63,194 bases of DNA, filler included, from Octopus bimaculoides (GCF_001194135.2; 3 parts of 3 records of this genome joined end to end with filler, not necessarily neighbours in it), one strand, 5' to 3'. Shown: positions 13,263-24,190, numbered from the whole stretch's first letter. Program-made: numbers and translations. The notes: generated from the sequence alone by a model not told the origin.

Positions 13263-13945
13263 ATCATCATTGTTTAACGTCCACTTTCCATGCTGGTATG
13301 GGTTGGATGGTTTGACTGAGGACTGGCAAGACAGGAGGCTGCACCAGGCTCTAATTGGATCTGGCAAGCTCCCAGGGGCAGCCTGTCTTAAATTCCTCTG
13401 TTATTTCCCGGAGGAATATGATGAATAAGAGGGGGCTGAGGACTGATCCTTGGTGGAGCCCTACTCTTACTTGGAATTCTTCATTATACTCATTGCCAAC
13501 CCTCACCTTACTGATAACGTCCCTGTACATATCTTGTACAGCCCTCACTAACCACTCATCTATCCCTAGTTTCCCCATTGACCACCAGATAAGGGATCAG
13601 GGGACCCTGTCAAAGGCTTTTTTCATGTCAACAAAAACCAAGTACAGAGGTTTATCTTTGGCTAGGAATTTCTCCTGCAGTTGTCTTACCAGAAATATAG
13701 CATCAGTAGTGCTTCTCCCTGACACAAACACAAACTGCATCTTGTCTAAACTAACTCTCTCTCTGATTAGTTGGGCTATGACCCTCTGCGTGACTTTCAT
13801 TACCTGATCCAACAATTTGATACCTCTGTAATTATTTCTATCTAATGCATCACCTTTTCCTTTGTAGCAGTTGACTATGGTGCTGCTACACCAGCCATTG
13901 GGTATAACTCCTTTATGCATCACCTGGTTGACTATATGGATGACT
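13263..13945 (-). mobile_element. RTE LINE with an internal deletion
   Basis: RT domains (KGKGDALDRNNYRGIKLL, VFVDMKKAFDRVP, VGLHQGSVLSPLLF, TGCPWEL) are joined directly to the 3' tail at ~13366. Confidence 0.9.
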
Positions 13946-13965
13946 AGACTATAACCTACACCACC

Positions 13966-14022
<57 letters not shown>

Positions 14023-14023
14023 A

Positions 14024-14067
<44 letters not shown>

Positions 14068-14070
<3 letters not shown>

Positions 14071-15410
14071 ATGGCAAACCTACAAAATTACAGACCAATA
14101 ACTTGTCTCCCAGCAATTTACAAAGCCCTTACTGTAATAATATCGCAAAAAATGAGCAAACATCTGGAAGAAAACAACCTGTTTCCAGAAGAGCAGCAGG
14201 GATGCTGCAAGGGCTCATACAGCTGTAAAGATCAGCTACTGATCAATAAAGCCATAACTGAAGACAGCTGCAGAAAGAAGAAGGGTCTAGCTTTTGATAG
14301 TATTCCCCACACATGGCTAGAGACACTAGCCATGAACAGGGTAGCACCAATAATCATAAAATATATAAAACATTCCATGAATAAATGGCAGACAGTTCTA
14401 TGCCTCCCAAAAAAAGAGGGACTCATAAAAACCAAAGCCATCCCCATTAGAAGAAGAATATTCCAGGGAGACATGTTCCCTCCACTTTTTTTCTTCTTGG
14501 CACTGACACCCTTATCTAACATGCTAAACAGAACTGGATGTGGATACAAATGTTACGTCAAAACAATCAGCCACCTCTTATGTATGGATGATCTAAAACT
14601 GTATACTATAAATGATAAACAGCTGGAAACATTACTACAGACAGTACATGAATTTACTAAAGAAATAAACATGAAATTTGGCTTAGAAAAATGTGCCAAA
14701 GCAACCTTGAAAAGGGGAAAACTAAAGGAAAACTAGAGGAAAACATCACACTAGATGAAGTAAATGAAATAAGAGAATTAGACCAAAGCCATACATACAA
14801 ATATCTAGGAATCAATGAACTAGATACAATACAGCACACACAAATGAAAGAGCAGATAAGGAAAGAATACTTTAGATGAGTTAGATTAATACTGAAAACA
14901 GAGCTCAATGCGAAAAACAAGATAATAAGTATCAACATTCAAGCTGTCCCAGTTATAAATTACAGCTACAATATTCTTAACTGGTCTCTAAATGGACTAA
15001 TCAAAATAGACAGAAAAACAAGAAAAATAATGACAGGATTTAGGATGCACGACCCAAAATCTGACATAGAAAGATTATATATACAACATATCGAAGGTGG
15101 TAGAGGCCTTATACAGCTAGAAAATTATTACAAAATAACTACCATAGAACTACAGAAATACCTACTTTAGAAGCAAGGAAAACTAATACAAATAATCACA
15201 AAACATGAACAAAACAAAAAACTGTTTTCAGTCTTAAAGGAAGCTGACAAATACAAAAAAGGAAGTCATTGAATCCAACAACTATGAAGAAAAAGAAGAA
15301 ATGACAAAAGCTGTAAAACAACTGAAATCCAAACTAAAACTGGAACAGTAACGGATTATGATAAAACGATGGCAAGAAAACCCTTTCATGGCAAACACTA
15401 GGTTAAATTA
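14068..15410 (+). mobile_element. R4/Dong-like non-LTR retrotransposon RT fragment
   Basis: NYRPITCLPAIYK, EQQGC, AFDSIPHTW, IFQGDMFPPLFF, ISHLLCMDDLKLY, KFGLEKCA, YKYLG, LIQLE and WQEKPFHG. Starts immediately after a (TAA)n array. Confidence 0.85.
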
Positions 15411-16668
15411 AACATCCCTCTCGTTCGGATCCTTCATCAGCAGTGTCACCACTCCCTGCTCACATGACTGGGAATGCTTCTAGTCTGTTGCAAAGAGCAG
15501 TAGACAACTGCCAAAAGTGGAGTAAACAAGTCAAGCATATGGAAATATAGTTCATAGGGCAAACCATCCAATCCTGGTGATTTGCATCCCAAACAGCAGC
15601 CCAGTACACCTGTCACTTCCTTCACCGAAATCAGCTTCTCGCAACACTCAATCTCCTTGTCTGATAGGCATGGCATACCATCAAGATAGGTCTCAGGGCC
15701 CGCTGTCTCAAGAATGCCACTCCTCAAAAAGAGGTTGGTGAAGTGTTGCCGAAATACTACACTCATCTGTTTGGAATTGGAGAGCATATGGCCACTGTGG
15801 TCTGTCACAGACTGAATTCTAGATTTGTTTTCATACTGTGCCTCTGCTACCCAGGCCCAACCAACGGCTTTTGAGCCTTCATATTTCAAGGCATGCACTC
15901 TAACTCAGACAATACAGCCTTCATGTTTCACATTGAAGAAATAATTGAGTGCCATTCTCACCACTAGCAAGTCATTTGCAATCCCACTTATATGTATCTC
16001 TTCTAAGTTACTAACTAGTTTATTTTCTAGTTTGTTGTTTTCTAAAGCAATCTCTTTGCTAAAACTAACTGATATCTCTCTGATTTTCCTTTTTGAAGAA
16101 ACACACCACCTGTTGCTGATGATGGCTCCCATCCATTCCCGTTTAAGTAGTCTACTAATCTGGTCCTTGAAATCTTTCTGTGTTCGGAAGGATGCATTCA
16201 TCCTCCAGTAATCAAATCCTAGTCTAATTGTTTTTTTCTTAGTTGACTATAAAGGTCCCAAATTTGTGATCTGAATAGCCAACTTATATTATGCCTATCT
16301 GCTAGCTTAATGAAAACCCTAAGTCTTTAGACATTTAAAGAAATCTAGCCAGCCAGATTCTGTAGTGACATCCTTGCTGCTTACATCTAAAACCAACATC
16401 CTACCATCCAGGTCAAGGAAAACCATATTCACCATCAAGTCAAGGCCATTCCAAAACAGTACCACAACACCATTTGATGCTGGCCAACTGGAGGAAGTAA
16501 AAACCTTGTAGTCGTTCAGAAGAAGAGTGATTGCATTTTGAAAATCTTAGTTTCACTAATGGCTACTGCATCCAGACGTAGTGACCTGAGGTCATTGAGG
16601 AAGTGACCCTGTTTCCACGTTGCCCTCAGGCCACGAGCATTTATACAACTTATTCTTAGAAATGCCAT
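15411..16668 (-). pseudogene. L1/Tx1-like ORF2 remnant (APE endonuclease and start of RT)
   Basis: Starts MAFLRISCINARGLR...DAVAISETK at 16668, then GGVVVLF...DGRMLVLDV, SDHK...YWRMNAS, KSPGLDGLPYELY and GVVTLLMKD. Stops and deletions; 3' end lost at ~15410. Confidence 0.85.
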
Positions 16669-16729
16669 TCCAGGAGGAGGGAAAGAAACAAAAGGAAGTC
16701 AGTCACTTACTCTAGTACTGGGTTGGTCC

Positions 16730-18700
16730 TTATTTGAGGCCTTTAAACAGGCCTTTCAATATCCTTTTGTCCAACAGGCTTTTGAAAACTCCCACATTGT
16801 GTGGGAAGAGTTTCCTCAAAAAACAATACATAGTGGGGGTTGTTCTTATCAAAACCCTTCCTTCTGGAGTTTTAGTAATGGTGGGAGCATCAAGACCCTC
16901 ACTTGTCAAAATTTTGTCTTTATTTGAGTTTACGAACTCTATTAATTCCTTGTCCTTCTGCAGAACTGTGTAGTTCAGGGGGTCATCTGAGAGAAGTTGT
17001 TCTACTAGTTCCATCTCTTGTGGTTGATGTGGTTGTTGTCGTTTTGCTTCCTTTTGTTTCAGCATTCTCCTGTTGCTGATCCNNNNNNNNNNNNNNNNNN
17101 NNNNNNNNNNNNNNNNNNNNNNNNNNNNNNNNNNNNNNNNNNNNNNNNNNNNNNNNNNNNNNNNNTGGTTGTTGTCGTTTTGCTTCCTTTTGTTTCAGCA
17201 TTCTCCTGTTGCTGATCCTTTTGTGTCTCTCACTCTTACTGACAATGCTGTTTCAGTTCTTGGTGTTGCTGTAGTTGGTTTATCTGTTGTTGTTGTTGTT
17301 GTCATTGCTGCTGCTGAGGTTTCAAGATTGGATGCAACATTTTTGAGGCTACCTAGTTTTGTGCCCATAGACTTTTGGGATTAAGAGGTTACCTCTCCCT
17401 CTTTTCTTTTTTGGGTGTTGTTCAACAATCACCCACTCAGGTGGTTTTGTCTCATATGAGACCCTTTCTATATCCAAAGAGTCGGTAAAATTTCCAACAG
17501 CCTTATTTCCTCTCTACTCTTGTGTTTCATGTAGTGGTTGCCTCTGCTTTCCTTTTTGGTATTGCAATGAATTTGGCGTTGGGCATATTGGAGCAACATG
17601 AGACACCTCTCTCGACTTCTCCACAGTGGGGCAGAAAGTTTTAAGCAACCAATTTTGCCACAGATGTAACATCTGATTTTCCTCCATGGCCACCTGCATT
17701 TTCCTCCATGGCGACCTCCATTCTCTCCATGGCCACCTGCATCTGCTCGCACTCTCTAAAACAAAAAAAAGTCCAGGGTAGCATGGACTTCCTCTGGAGC
17801 AACTAAAATTTGGAACTCCATTGACACTCCTGTTCTGTTTTGTTGGGGGCATGATCTTAAGCTTATGACCTCCCCATGCTCTTCTAGAATGGCCATTACT
17901 CTGGCCTGGTCCCTATAAGGAGGTACATCTGACATGCTGACTTTGGTCATATGACTTTCCATGTCTAAGGAGAGCATCACATACTGGTGAGAGGAGCAGG
18001 TCACTGTGGTCATCCCACATGCTTTCTGTTTATTGCTACAAATAGCTACTACAGTCCCATATTGCTTTACTTGACAGACATAAACTATGGAAGGTCAAAC
18101 ATCTTTCAGGCATTTCTCTATTTCGGCTGGGGAAGGATACTGTGGCTTTCTCTCTCTGCGATTAATGCACTTATAAGTTATCATTCTCTGTTTGGTGGAA
18201 ATCTTGTCTTCTTCTGGGAGAGCTATGATGCAGAATTGAATGACATTTTTTAACTGCTTCCACATTCCTTTGCAAGGAATTGGTAGTCCATGTATTTACT
18301 ATATCTGCAACAGAAATTCTTTTCTTTCAGATATGTTTTCTCATTACTGTCTTCGTAAATAGCATTGCTGTTGATACTGTTGTAGCAGTCAGCACTTTTG
18401 TTGATGTCAATACTGCTGCTGATGGTTATAACATAATTATTGTTGTTGTTGCTGCTGGATTTGTTACTACTATTATTGTTGTTGGTGTTCTTACTGATTT
18501 CATTATTGTTGTTATTGGAGTTGTCATGAATCAGGGTGGTGTTAGTCGGCTTGTTCTGATTGTTGGTGATGTTGTTGATGTTGGTAGTGGTGGTGGAGTA
18601 GGTGTTAGTGTTATTGTCATTAGGTTTTTTGTGTAAGTCAAAGAGAGTGGCAACTGATACGCTTAGTTGACTACTATGCCTTGGGTCAATTGAGCACAAG
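16730..18700 (-). pseudogene. L1/Tx1-like ORF1 remnant
   Basis: DVPPYRDQARVMAILEEHGEVISL segment and a degenerate CCHC knuckle CYICGKIG..LKTFCP, with N/T-rich low-complexity flanks. Directly upstream of ORF2 on the same strand. The 5' limit is uncertain. Confidence 0.65.
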
Positions 18701-19081
18701 GAAGCAGATACATTTTCTCACCGAGGTTACAAAATATTTACCATATTTTAAAAATAATTTTCACTTAAAAGTATTTTTCCTATCATAATGTGTCTAATGT
18801 AAAGGCTAGAGTTTCTTACCTTTCGGGGTTAAATTATTTTTGGAGTATTTTCCCATTATGCACTGTTTTGGGTATTTATACTCCAAATACTTCAATAACC
18901 ACTGGTCTGATTTACACAAAACTTATTTTATTCCATTTGTATTCACATTTACAGGGAACTTTACTTTCAAAGTATCTTTGTCATTATGTGCCAGTTTGGC
19001 TGTGTAACATTGTAAGCGAGCAAGCAAGATTGAACTTCATTTTTAATGTGTTATTGATTTCATAGACACAATACACGTTTT

Positions 19082-19189
19082 TATGTTGAGAAATACCTCA
19101 AACATATTAATCAGGCACAAACCACATATCATAATGTTATGATATGTGGTCTGTGCCTGATTAATATGTTTGAGGTATTTCTCAACATA
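19082..19189. repeat. Near-perfect palindrome (53-bp arms, 2-nt loop)
   Basis: 19082-19134 is the reverse complement of 19137-19189 with one mismatch. Confidence 0.95.
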
Positions 19190-19304
19190 TGAAACTATTA
19201 GTAGGACATTAAAACATGTGTCTATTAAATAATATTTATCTCTCACCAGATGGAGTACTTCTTTTGTTGATCTTACCATCACAAAACAGTACATTATACA
19301 TTTA

Positions 19305-19466
19305 TGCAGGCATGGCTGTGTGGTAAGAATCATGCTTCCCAACCACATGATTCTGGGTTCAGTTCCACTGCATGGCACCTTGGGCAAGTGTCTTCTACTA
19401 TAGCCTCAGGCTGACAAGAGCCTTGTGAGTGTATATGTTAGGTAGAAACTGAAAGAAGTCTGTTGT
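19305..19466 (+). mobile_element. SINE family A head
   Basis: TGGCTGTGTGGTAAGAA...GGTTCAGTTCCACTG...CCTTGGGCAAGTGTCTTCTACTATAGCC...GAAACTGAAAGAAG. Confidence 0.85.
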
Positions 19467-19827
19467 CTCTTGTGCGGGTGGCACATAAAATACACCATTT
19501 TGAGTGTGGCCATTGCCAGTACCGCCTGACTGGCCTTCATAGGATTTTCAAGTGAGATCGTTGCAAGTGCCCCTGGACTGGCTCTTGTGCGGGTGGCACA
19601 TAAAATACACCATTTGAGCGTGGCTGTTGCCAGTACCGCCTGACTGGCCTTCGTGCAGGTGAAATGTAAAAGCACCCACTACACTCTCTGAGTGGTTGGC
19701 GTTAGGAAGGGTATCCAGCTGTAGAAACTCTGCCAAATCAGATTGGAGGCTGATGTTGCCATCCGCTTTCACCAGTCCTCAGTCAAATCGTCTAACCCAT
19801 GCTAGCATGGAAAGCGGACGTTAAACA

Positions 19828-19858
<31 letters not shown>

Positions 19859-19859
19859 C
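19467..19859 (+). mobile_element. RTE-type 3' region with internal tandem duplication
   Basis: A ~70-bp unit TCTTGTGCGGGTGGCACATAAAATACACC...GACTGGCCTTC occurs at ~19469 and ~19583. Ends in the shared RTE tail and (GAT)n. Confidence 0.8.
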
Positions 19860-19867
19860 ACACACAC

Positions 19868-20027
19868 GATGAGCTTCTTTTAGTTTCTGCCTCCCAAATC
19901 CACTCACAAGGCTCTGGTCGGCCTGAGGCTATCGTAGAAGACACTTGCCCAGGGTGCCACGAAGTGGAACTTAACCCAGAGCCATTTGGTTGGGAAGCAA
20001 GATTCTTACCACACAGCCACCCCTGTA
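19868..20027 (-). mobile_element. SINE family A head
   Basis: Reverse complement of the family A head and CORE-like block. Confidence 0.85.
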
Positions 20028-20297
20028 TTAATAATTTTATTTATGACCAGCAGCTAGTTCTGAGCTGTCAACTCACAATACTCTTTATTCTCAATAAACG
20101 CAGTCTTCTAGCCTTAGATATTTTGTTAATGATAAGGAGGTAGGTAAAAAATTAGAAATGAATTACAATCCTATCAACCCCACTGTGTTCCATGTCACTC
20201 CAAAATTGTAGTTTTTCTTCTCTTAGCTTATTCTTGCTGCAATAGTGGCAACATGAAATTCTTTCATCCTATATCTCTGATAAAATATTTGAGAAAT

Positions 20298-20370
20298 CCA
20301 TATATAGCTCATTGGTAGAGCATTCGCTTTGCATGCGAAAGGCCCCCAGGTTCGATTCCCGGCATCTCCA
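20298..20370 (+). tRNA. tRNA-Ala(TGC), 5' acceptor strand damaged (likely pseudogene)
   Basis: D-arm GCTC/GAGC. Anticodon stem TTCGC/GCGAA with TGC at 20330-20332. T-loop GGTTCGATTCC. 3' end GGCATCTCCA. Positions 1-7 read CCATATA and cannot pair properly with CATCTCC, and there is one T-stem mismatch. Confidence 0.75.
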
Positions 20371-20380
20371 GAATATTTTT

Positions 20381-20775
20381 AGGCGCAGGAGTGGCTGTGT
20401 GGTTCCGGGTTCATTCCCACTGCATGGCACCTTGGGCAAGTGTCTTCTACTATAGCCTCGGGCTGACCAAAGCCTTGTGAGTGGATTTGGTAGACGGAAA
20501 CTGAAAGAAGCCTGTCATATATATGTATATATATATGTATGTGTGTGTGTATATGTTTGTGTGTCTGTGTTTGTGCCCCCAGCATCATTTGACAACCGAT
20601 GCTGGTGTGTTTACATCCCCGTAATTTAGCCAGTTCAGCAAAAGAGACCGATAGAATAAGTACTAGGCTTCCAAAGAATAAGTCCTGGGGTTGATTTCTT
20701 CAACTAAAGCACTTTAAATTGGTGCTCCAGCATGGCCACAGTCAAATGACTGAAACAAGGAAAAGAATAAAAGAA
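20381..20775 (+). mobile_element. SINE family A, near full length
   Basis: Head with an internal deletion, CORE-like block, internal (TA/TG)n, and 3' part GACAACCGATGCTGG...GGTGCTCCAGCATGGCC...AAAAGAATAAAAGAATA. Confidence 0.9.
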
Positions 20776-20785
20776 TATATGGAGT

Positions 20786-21665
20786 CCAGTGGCCATAGGC
20801 CATTTAGAAAGCCAAACGAGATGCTATCATACATTAACACAGGTTCCTGTCATCCAACCATAGTTCTCAAGAACCTGGTAAAAGGCATCAGCAGAAGGAT
20901 CTCCAGCCTCTCTTCAAGTAAAGAGATTTTTGATGCTGCTGTCCCATATTACAATGAAGCTCTGGCTGCAAGCAGTTTCAAGGATAGAATTAGTTACATG
21001 CCAGAACCTGATCCCTCCAAGAGAAAGCACCACCAAAAAGTGTTGTGGCTTGCACCATCCTTCTCTTTAAATGTTAAAATCTGAGTAGGTAAGATTTTTC
21101 TTAGCTTAGTTGATAAGCACTTGATAGATTCAACAAAATATTCAAAAGGCATCCCCTGAGAATTTCCTTTAGCTGTGCACCTAGTGTATAAAAGATTTTA
21201 GTAGGTAGGCCCACACCCAAGACAGAGGCAAGATACACAAGAGGGGTAATACAACATGTCCATTGAATGACTGCTGTAATACATGGACCATCTTATATGA
21301 GGCAGAGGTAACAGCCATAGGACCAAATGGGCAACCAAACACTTCCTCCGTACCGATAGATTCAACAAAATATTCAATAGGCATCCCCTTAGAATTTCCT
21401 TTAGCTGTGCACCTAGTGTAAAAAAGATTTTAGTATGTAGGCCCACACCCAAGGCAGAGGCAGGATACTCATGTAGGGGTAATACGACATGTCCCTTGAA
21501 TGACTGCTGTAACACAGAGACCATCATATATGAGGCAGAGGTAACAGCCATAGGACCAAATGGGCAACCAAACATGCAAAAGCATGTGGGGGCAACTGAA
21601 GGCCCCTTCTGAACCCACTTTAATAACCACAAGTCCTCTCACATACAAATCCCAAATTTGTCCCT
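20786..21665 (+). mobile_element. Penelope-like element fragment (RT C-terminus, linker, GIY-YIG endonuclease)
   Basis: RPFRKPNEMLSYINTGSCHP...RISSLSSSKEIF...YNEALAAS, VLWLAPSFSLNV, FNKIF...ISFSC, CPLNDCC...IIYEAEV...HVGATEGPF...NNHKSS. Internal 232-bp tandem duplication (~21123-21339 and ~21355-21573). Clade not determined. Confidence 0.85.
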
Positions 21666-21968
21666 ACCTTCGAAACGCAGAGTATGTAAAACAGGGGACA
21701 ACTGATGATGGGAATGTTCTTTATGTTGCTTGTCTGGTTTCTCTATTTGTTTCTTTCGTTGTTAAAAAAAAAGTGTGTCTTCTATGTTTTTGTTTTTTAT
21801 GTTCTCGTTTCTCATTTTGTTCCCATTTTTTTACGTCCTGTACTCATATATGCATGTATATACGCATATATATGTCGGTACGTACATATATGTATGTATG
21901 CATATATATATATATATATATATANNNNNNNNNNNNNNNNNNNNNNNNNNNNNNNNNNNNNNNNNNNN

Positions 21969-21980
21969 TTAATTAATTAA
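21969..21980. other. Assembly gap spacer TTAATTAATTAA (six-frame stop linker)
   Basis: Embedded between N runs. The identical 12-mer sits between N runs at 51339-51350. Confidence 0.85.
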
Positions 21981-22024
21981 NNNNNNNNNNNNNNNNNNNN
22001 NNNNNNNNNNNNNNNNNNNNNNNN

Positions 22025-22270
22025 GGGGATGGTGGCGAACCCCGCTGTACTCTTCCACCACAACTTTCTCTCACTCTTACTTCCTGTTTCTGTTGTACCT
22101 GTATTTCAAAGGGCCAGCCTTGTCACACTGTGTCACGCTGAATATCCCCGAGAACAACGTTAAGGGTACACGTGTCTGTGGAGTGCTCATCCACTAGCAC
22201 GTTAATTTCGCGAGCTGGCTGTTCCGTTGATCGGATCAACTGGAACCCTCGATGGAGTGCCAGCAACAAA
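22025..22270 (+). mobile_element. SINE family C (body and (AAC)n tail; head lies in the gap)
   Basis: High identity to the reverse complements of 22851-23096 and 34070-34330. Confidence 0.85.
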
Positions 22271-22304
22271 CAAATATCTTCCCCTTCCAAATAATAATGG
22301 TTTC

Positions 22305-22562
22305 AAATTAAGGCGATGACCAGCAATTTCAAAGGGAGTTGCTAAGTCGATTACATCAACCCCAGGACTCTTTGAGTGATACTTTAAGATGCAAACTAGG
22401 TTGACCTCGACGGGATTAGGAGTTAGCATGTAAAATGTCGAAAGAAATGTTGCTAAGCATTTTCTAGAATAGACAAAGCAAAGGTGCCGTGCTGTGGGAC
22501 TGAACTCGTAACAACATGGTTGGAAAGCGAGCTTTTTGAAAACACAGCCATGCTTGCACCTG
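22305..22562 (-). mobile_element. Degraded SINE B 3' part plus SINE A head
   Basis: AAGTCGATTACATCAACCCC / GTTGACCTCG (family B) and GGTGCCGTGCTGTGGGACTGAAC...CACAGCCATGC (family A). Confidence 0.6.
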
Positions 22563-22850
22563 TGCATTTGTGTGAAATTACATATTAAATAATTAATTAG
22601 TATCTAAATGAATTCAGGCATATATCTGAATGGATACCTAGATATGTTTAGTATACCTGAAACATCGATGGAAGTTCTGTGTCAAATGATGATCAGAGAA
22701 GACACTAGGGTATACTCAGTAAACTTGAATCATCGATGGAAGTTCAGTATCAACTGATGATCACAAGCCTTCACCTATCTGAAACCACGCGTAGATGCAA
22801 AATAAAAACGCGCATACAGACACATACACAGTTATATATATATATATATA

Positions 22851-23096
22851 TTGTTTGTTGGCACTCCGTCGCTTACGACGTTGAGGGTTCCAGTCGATCC
22901 GATCAACGGAACAGCCTGCTCGTGAAATTAACGTGCAAGTGGCTGAGCACTCCACAGACACGTGTACCCTTAACGTAGTTCTCAGGGATATTCAACGTGA
23001 CACAGTGTGACAAGGCTGGCCCTTTGAAATACAGGTACAACAGAAACAGGAAGTAAGAGTGAGAGAAAGTTGTGGTGGAAGAGTACAGCAGGGTTC
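22851..23096 (-). mobile_element. SINE family C
   Basis: Inverted copy of 22025-22270; runs into a gap. Confidence 0.85.
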
Positions 23097-23520
23097 NNNN
23101 NNNNNNNNNNNNNNNNNNNNNNNNNNNNNNNNNNNNNNNNNNNNNNNNNNNNNNNNNNNNNNNNNNNNNNNNNNNNNNNNNNNNNNNNNNNNNNNNNNNN
23201 NNNNNNNNNNNNNNNNNNNNNNNNNNNNNNNNNNNNNNNNNNNNNNNNNNNNNNNNNNNNNNNNNNNNNNNNNNNNNNNNNNNNNNNNNNNNNNNNNNNN
23301 NNNNNNNNNNNNNNNNNNNNNNNNNNNNNNNNNNNNNNNNNNNNNNNNNNNNNNNNNNNNNNNNNNNNNNNNNNNNNNNNNNNNNNNNNNNNNNNNNNNN
23401 NNNNNNNNNNNNNNNNNNNNNNNNNNNNNNNNNNNNNNNNNNNNNNNNNNNNNNNNNNNNNNNNNNNNNNNNNNNNNNNNNNNNNNNNNNNNNNNNNNNN
23501 NNNNNNNNNNNNTATATATA

Positions 23521-23558
<38 letters not shown>

Positions 23559-23994
23559 CATACATCAGTATACATTCTATTTTGACTGATTTAGTTTTGA
23601 CCTGGTGGTACTGATGTCAGCAGACGGTACCCAACTTCGCTATGTTCGTTGGATACCAACTAAGGACATTAATTCTTTCTGGTCAAAGCTACATTCACAA
23701 AAGTTGAATGAAGAAGAAACATGTTCTTTCCAAGTTTTCAACATCACATAAAGCGAAAATACATACGACCACGTATGTGTGTGTGTGTATGTATGTATGT
23801 GTGTATGTGTGTATCTTTGCGTGCGTGTGTGTGTGTGTGTGCACGCGTGTATGTGTGTGTTTATATGTGTGTATATACAAACAAACACACTTTCACACAT
23901 ACCATCAATTATACACACACAAATACATTTCGAATACACGGCGTATAATACATTCTACTTACCATTTACTCCATGAAATGAAATAAAGAATCAT

Positions 23995-24190
23995 CTAATA
24001 TGTTTTATCTTTTTCTATGCCATCAATGAGGAAATAGAAACTCCCTTTAAATTCTCTTTGAAAAACACACTTTGGTAGGGTTTTTTTGAACATCGATACC
24101 ATTCCGCTGATACCATTATCTACATGAACTGCGGAACATTTTTCCAATTCAAATTTTATGTCCGTCTTTTTACTATCGAGACACATCTGT
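23995..24190 (-). mobile_element. Short R4/Dong-like RT remnant
   Basis: TDIKFELEKCSAVHVDNG resembles the KFGLEKCA motif of the 14.1-kb element. Confidence 0.4.

Noticed and set aside
17031-17218. 52-bp direct repeat on both sides of an N gap
   Set aside because: Most simply an unmerged contig overlap or collapsed minisatellite; not interpretable without reads.
21665-21720. GAAA...CTGATGA near the Penelope-like fragment (hammerhead core words)
   Set aside because: Stems II and III cannot be paired.
21969-21980. TTAATTAATTAA islands inside gaps (also 51339-51350)
   Set aside because: A six-frame-stop scaffolding linker, not biology.
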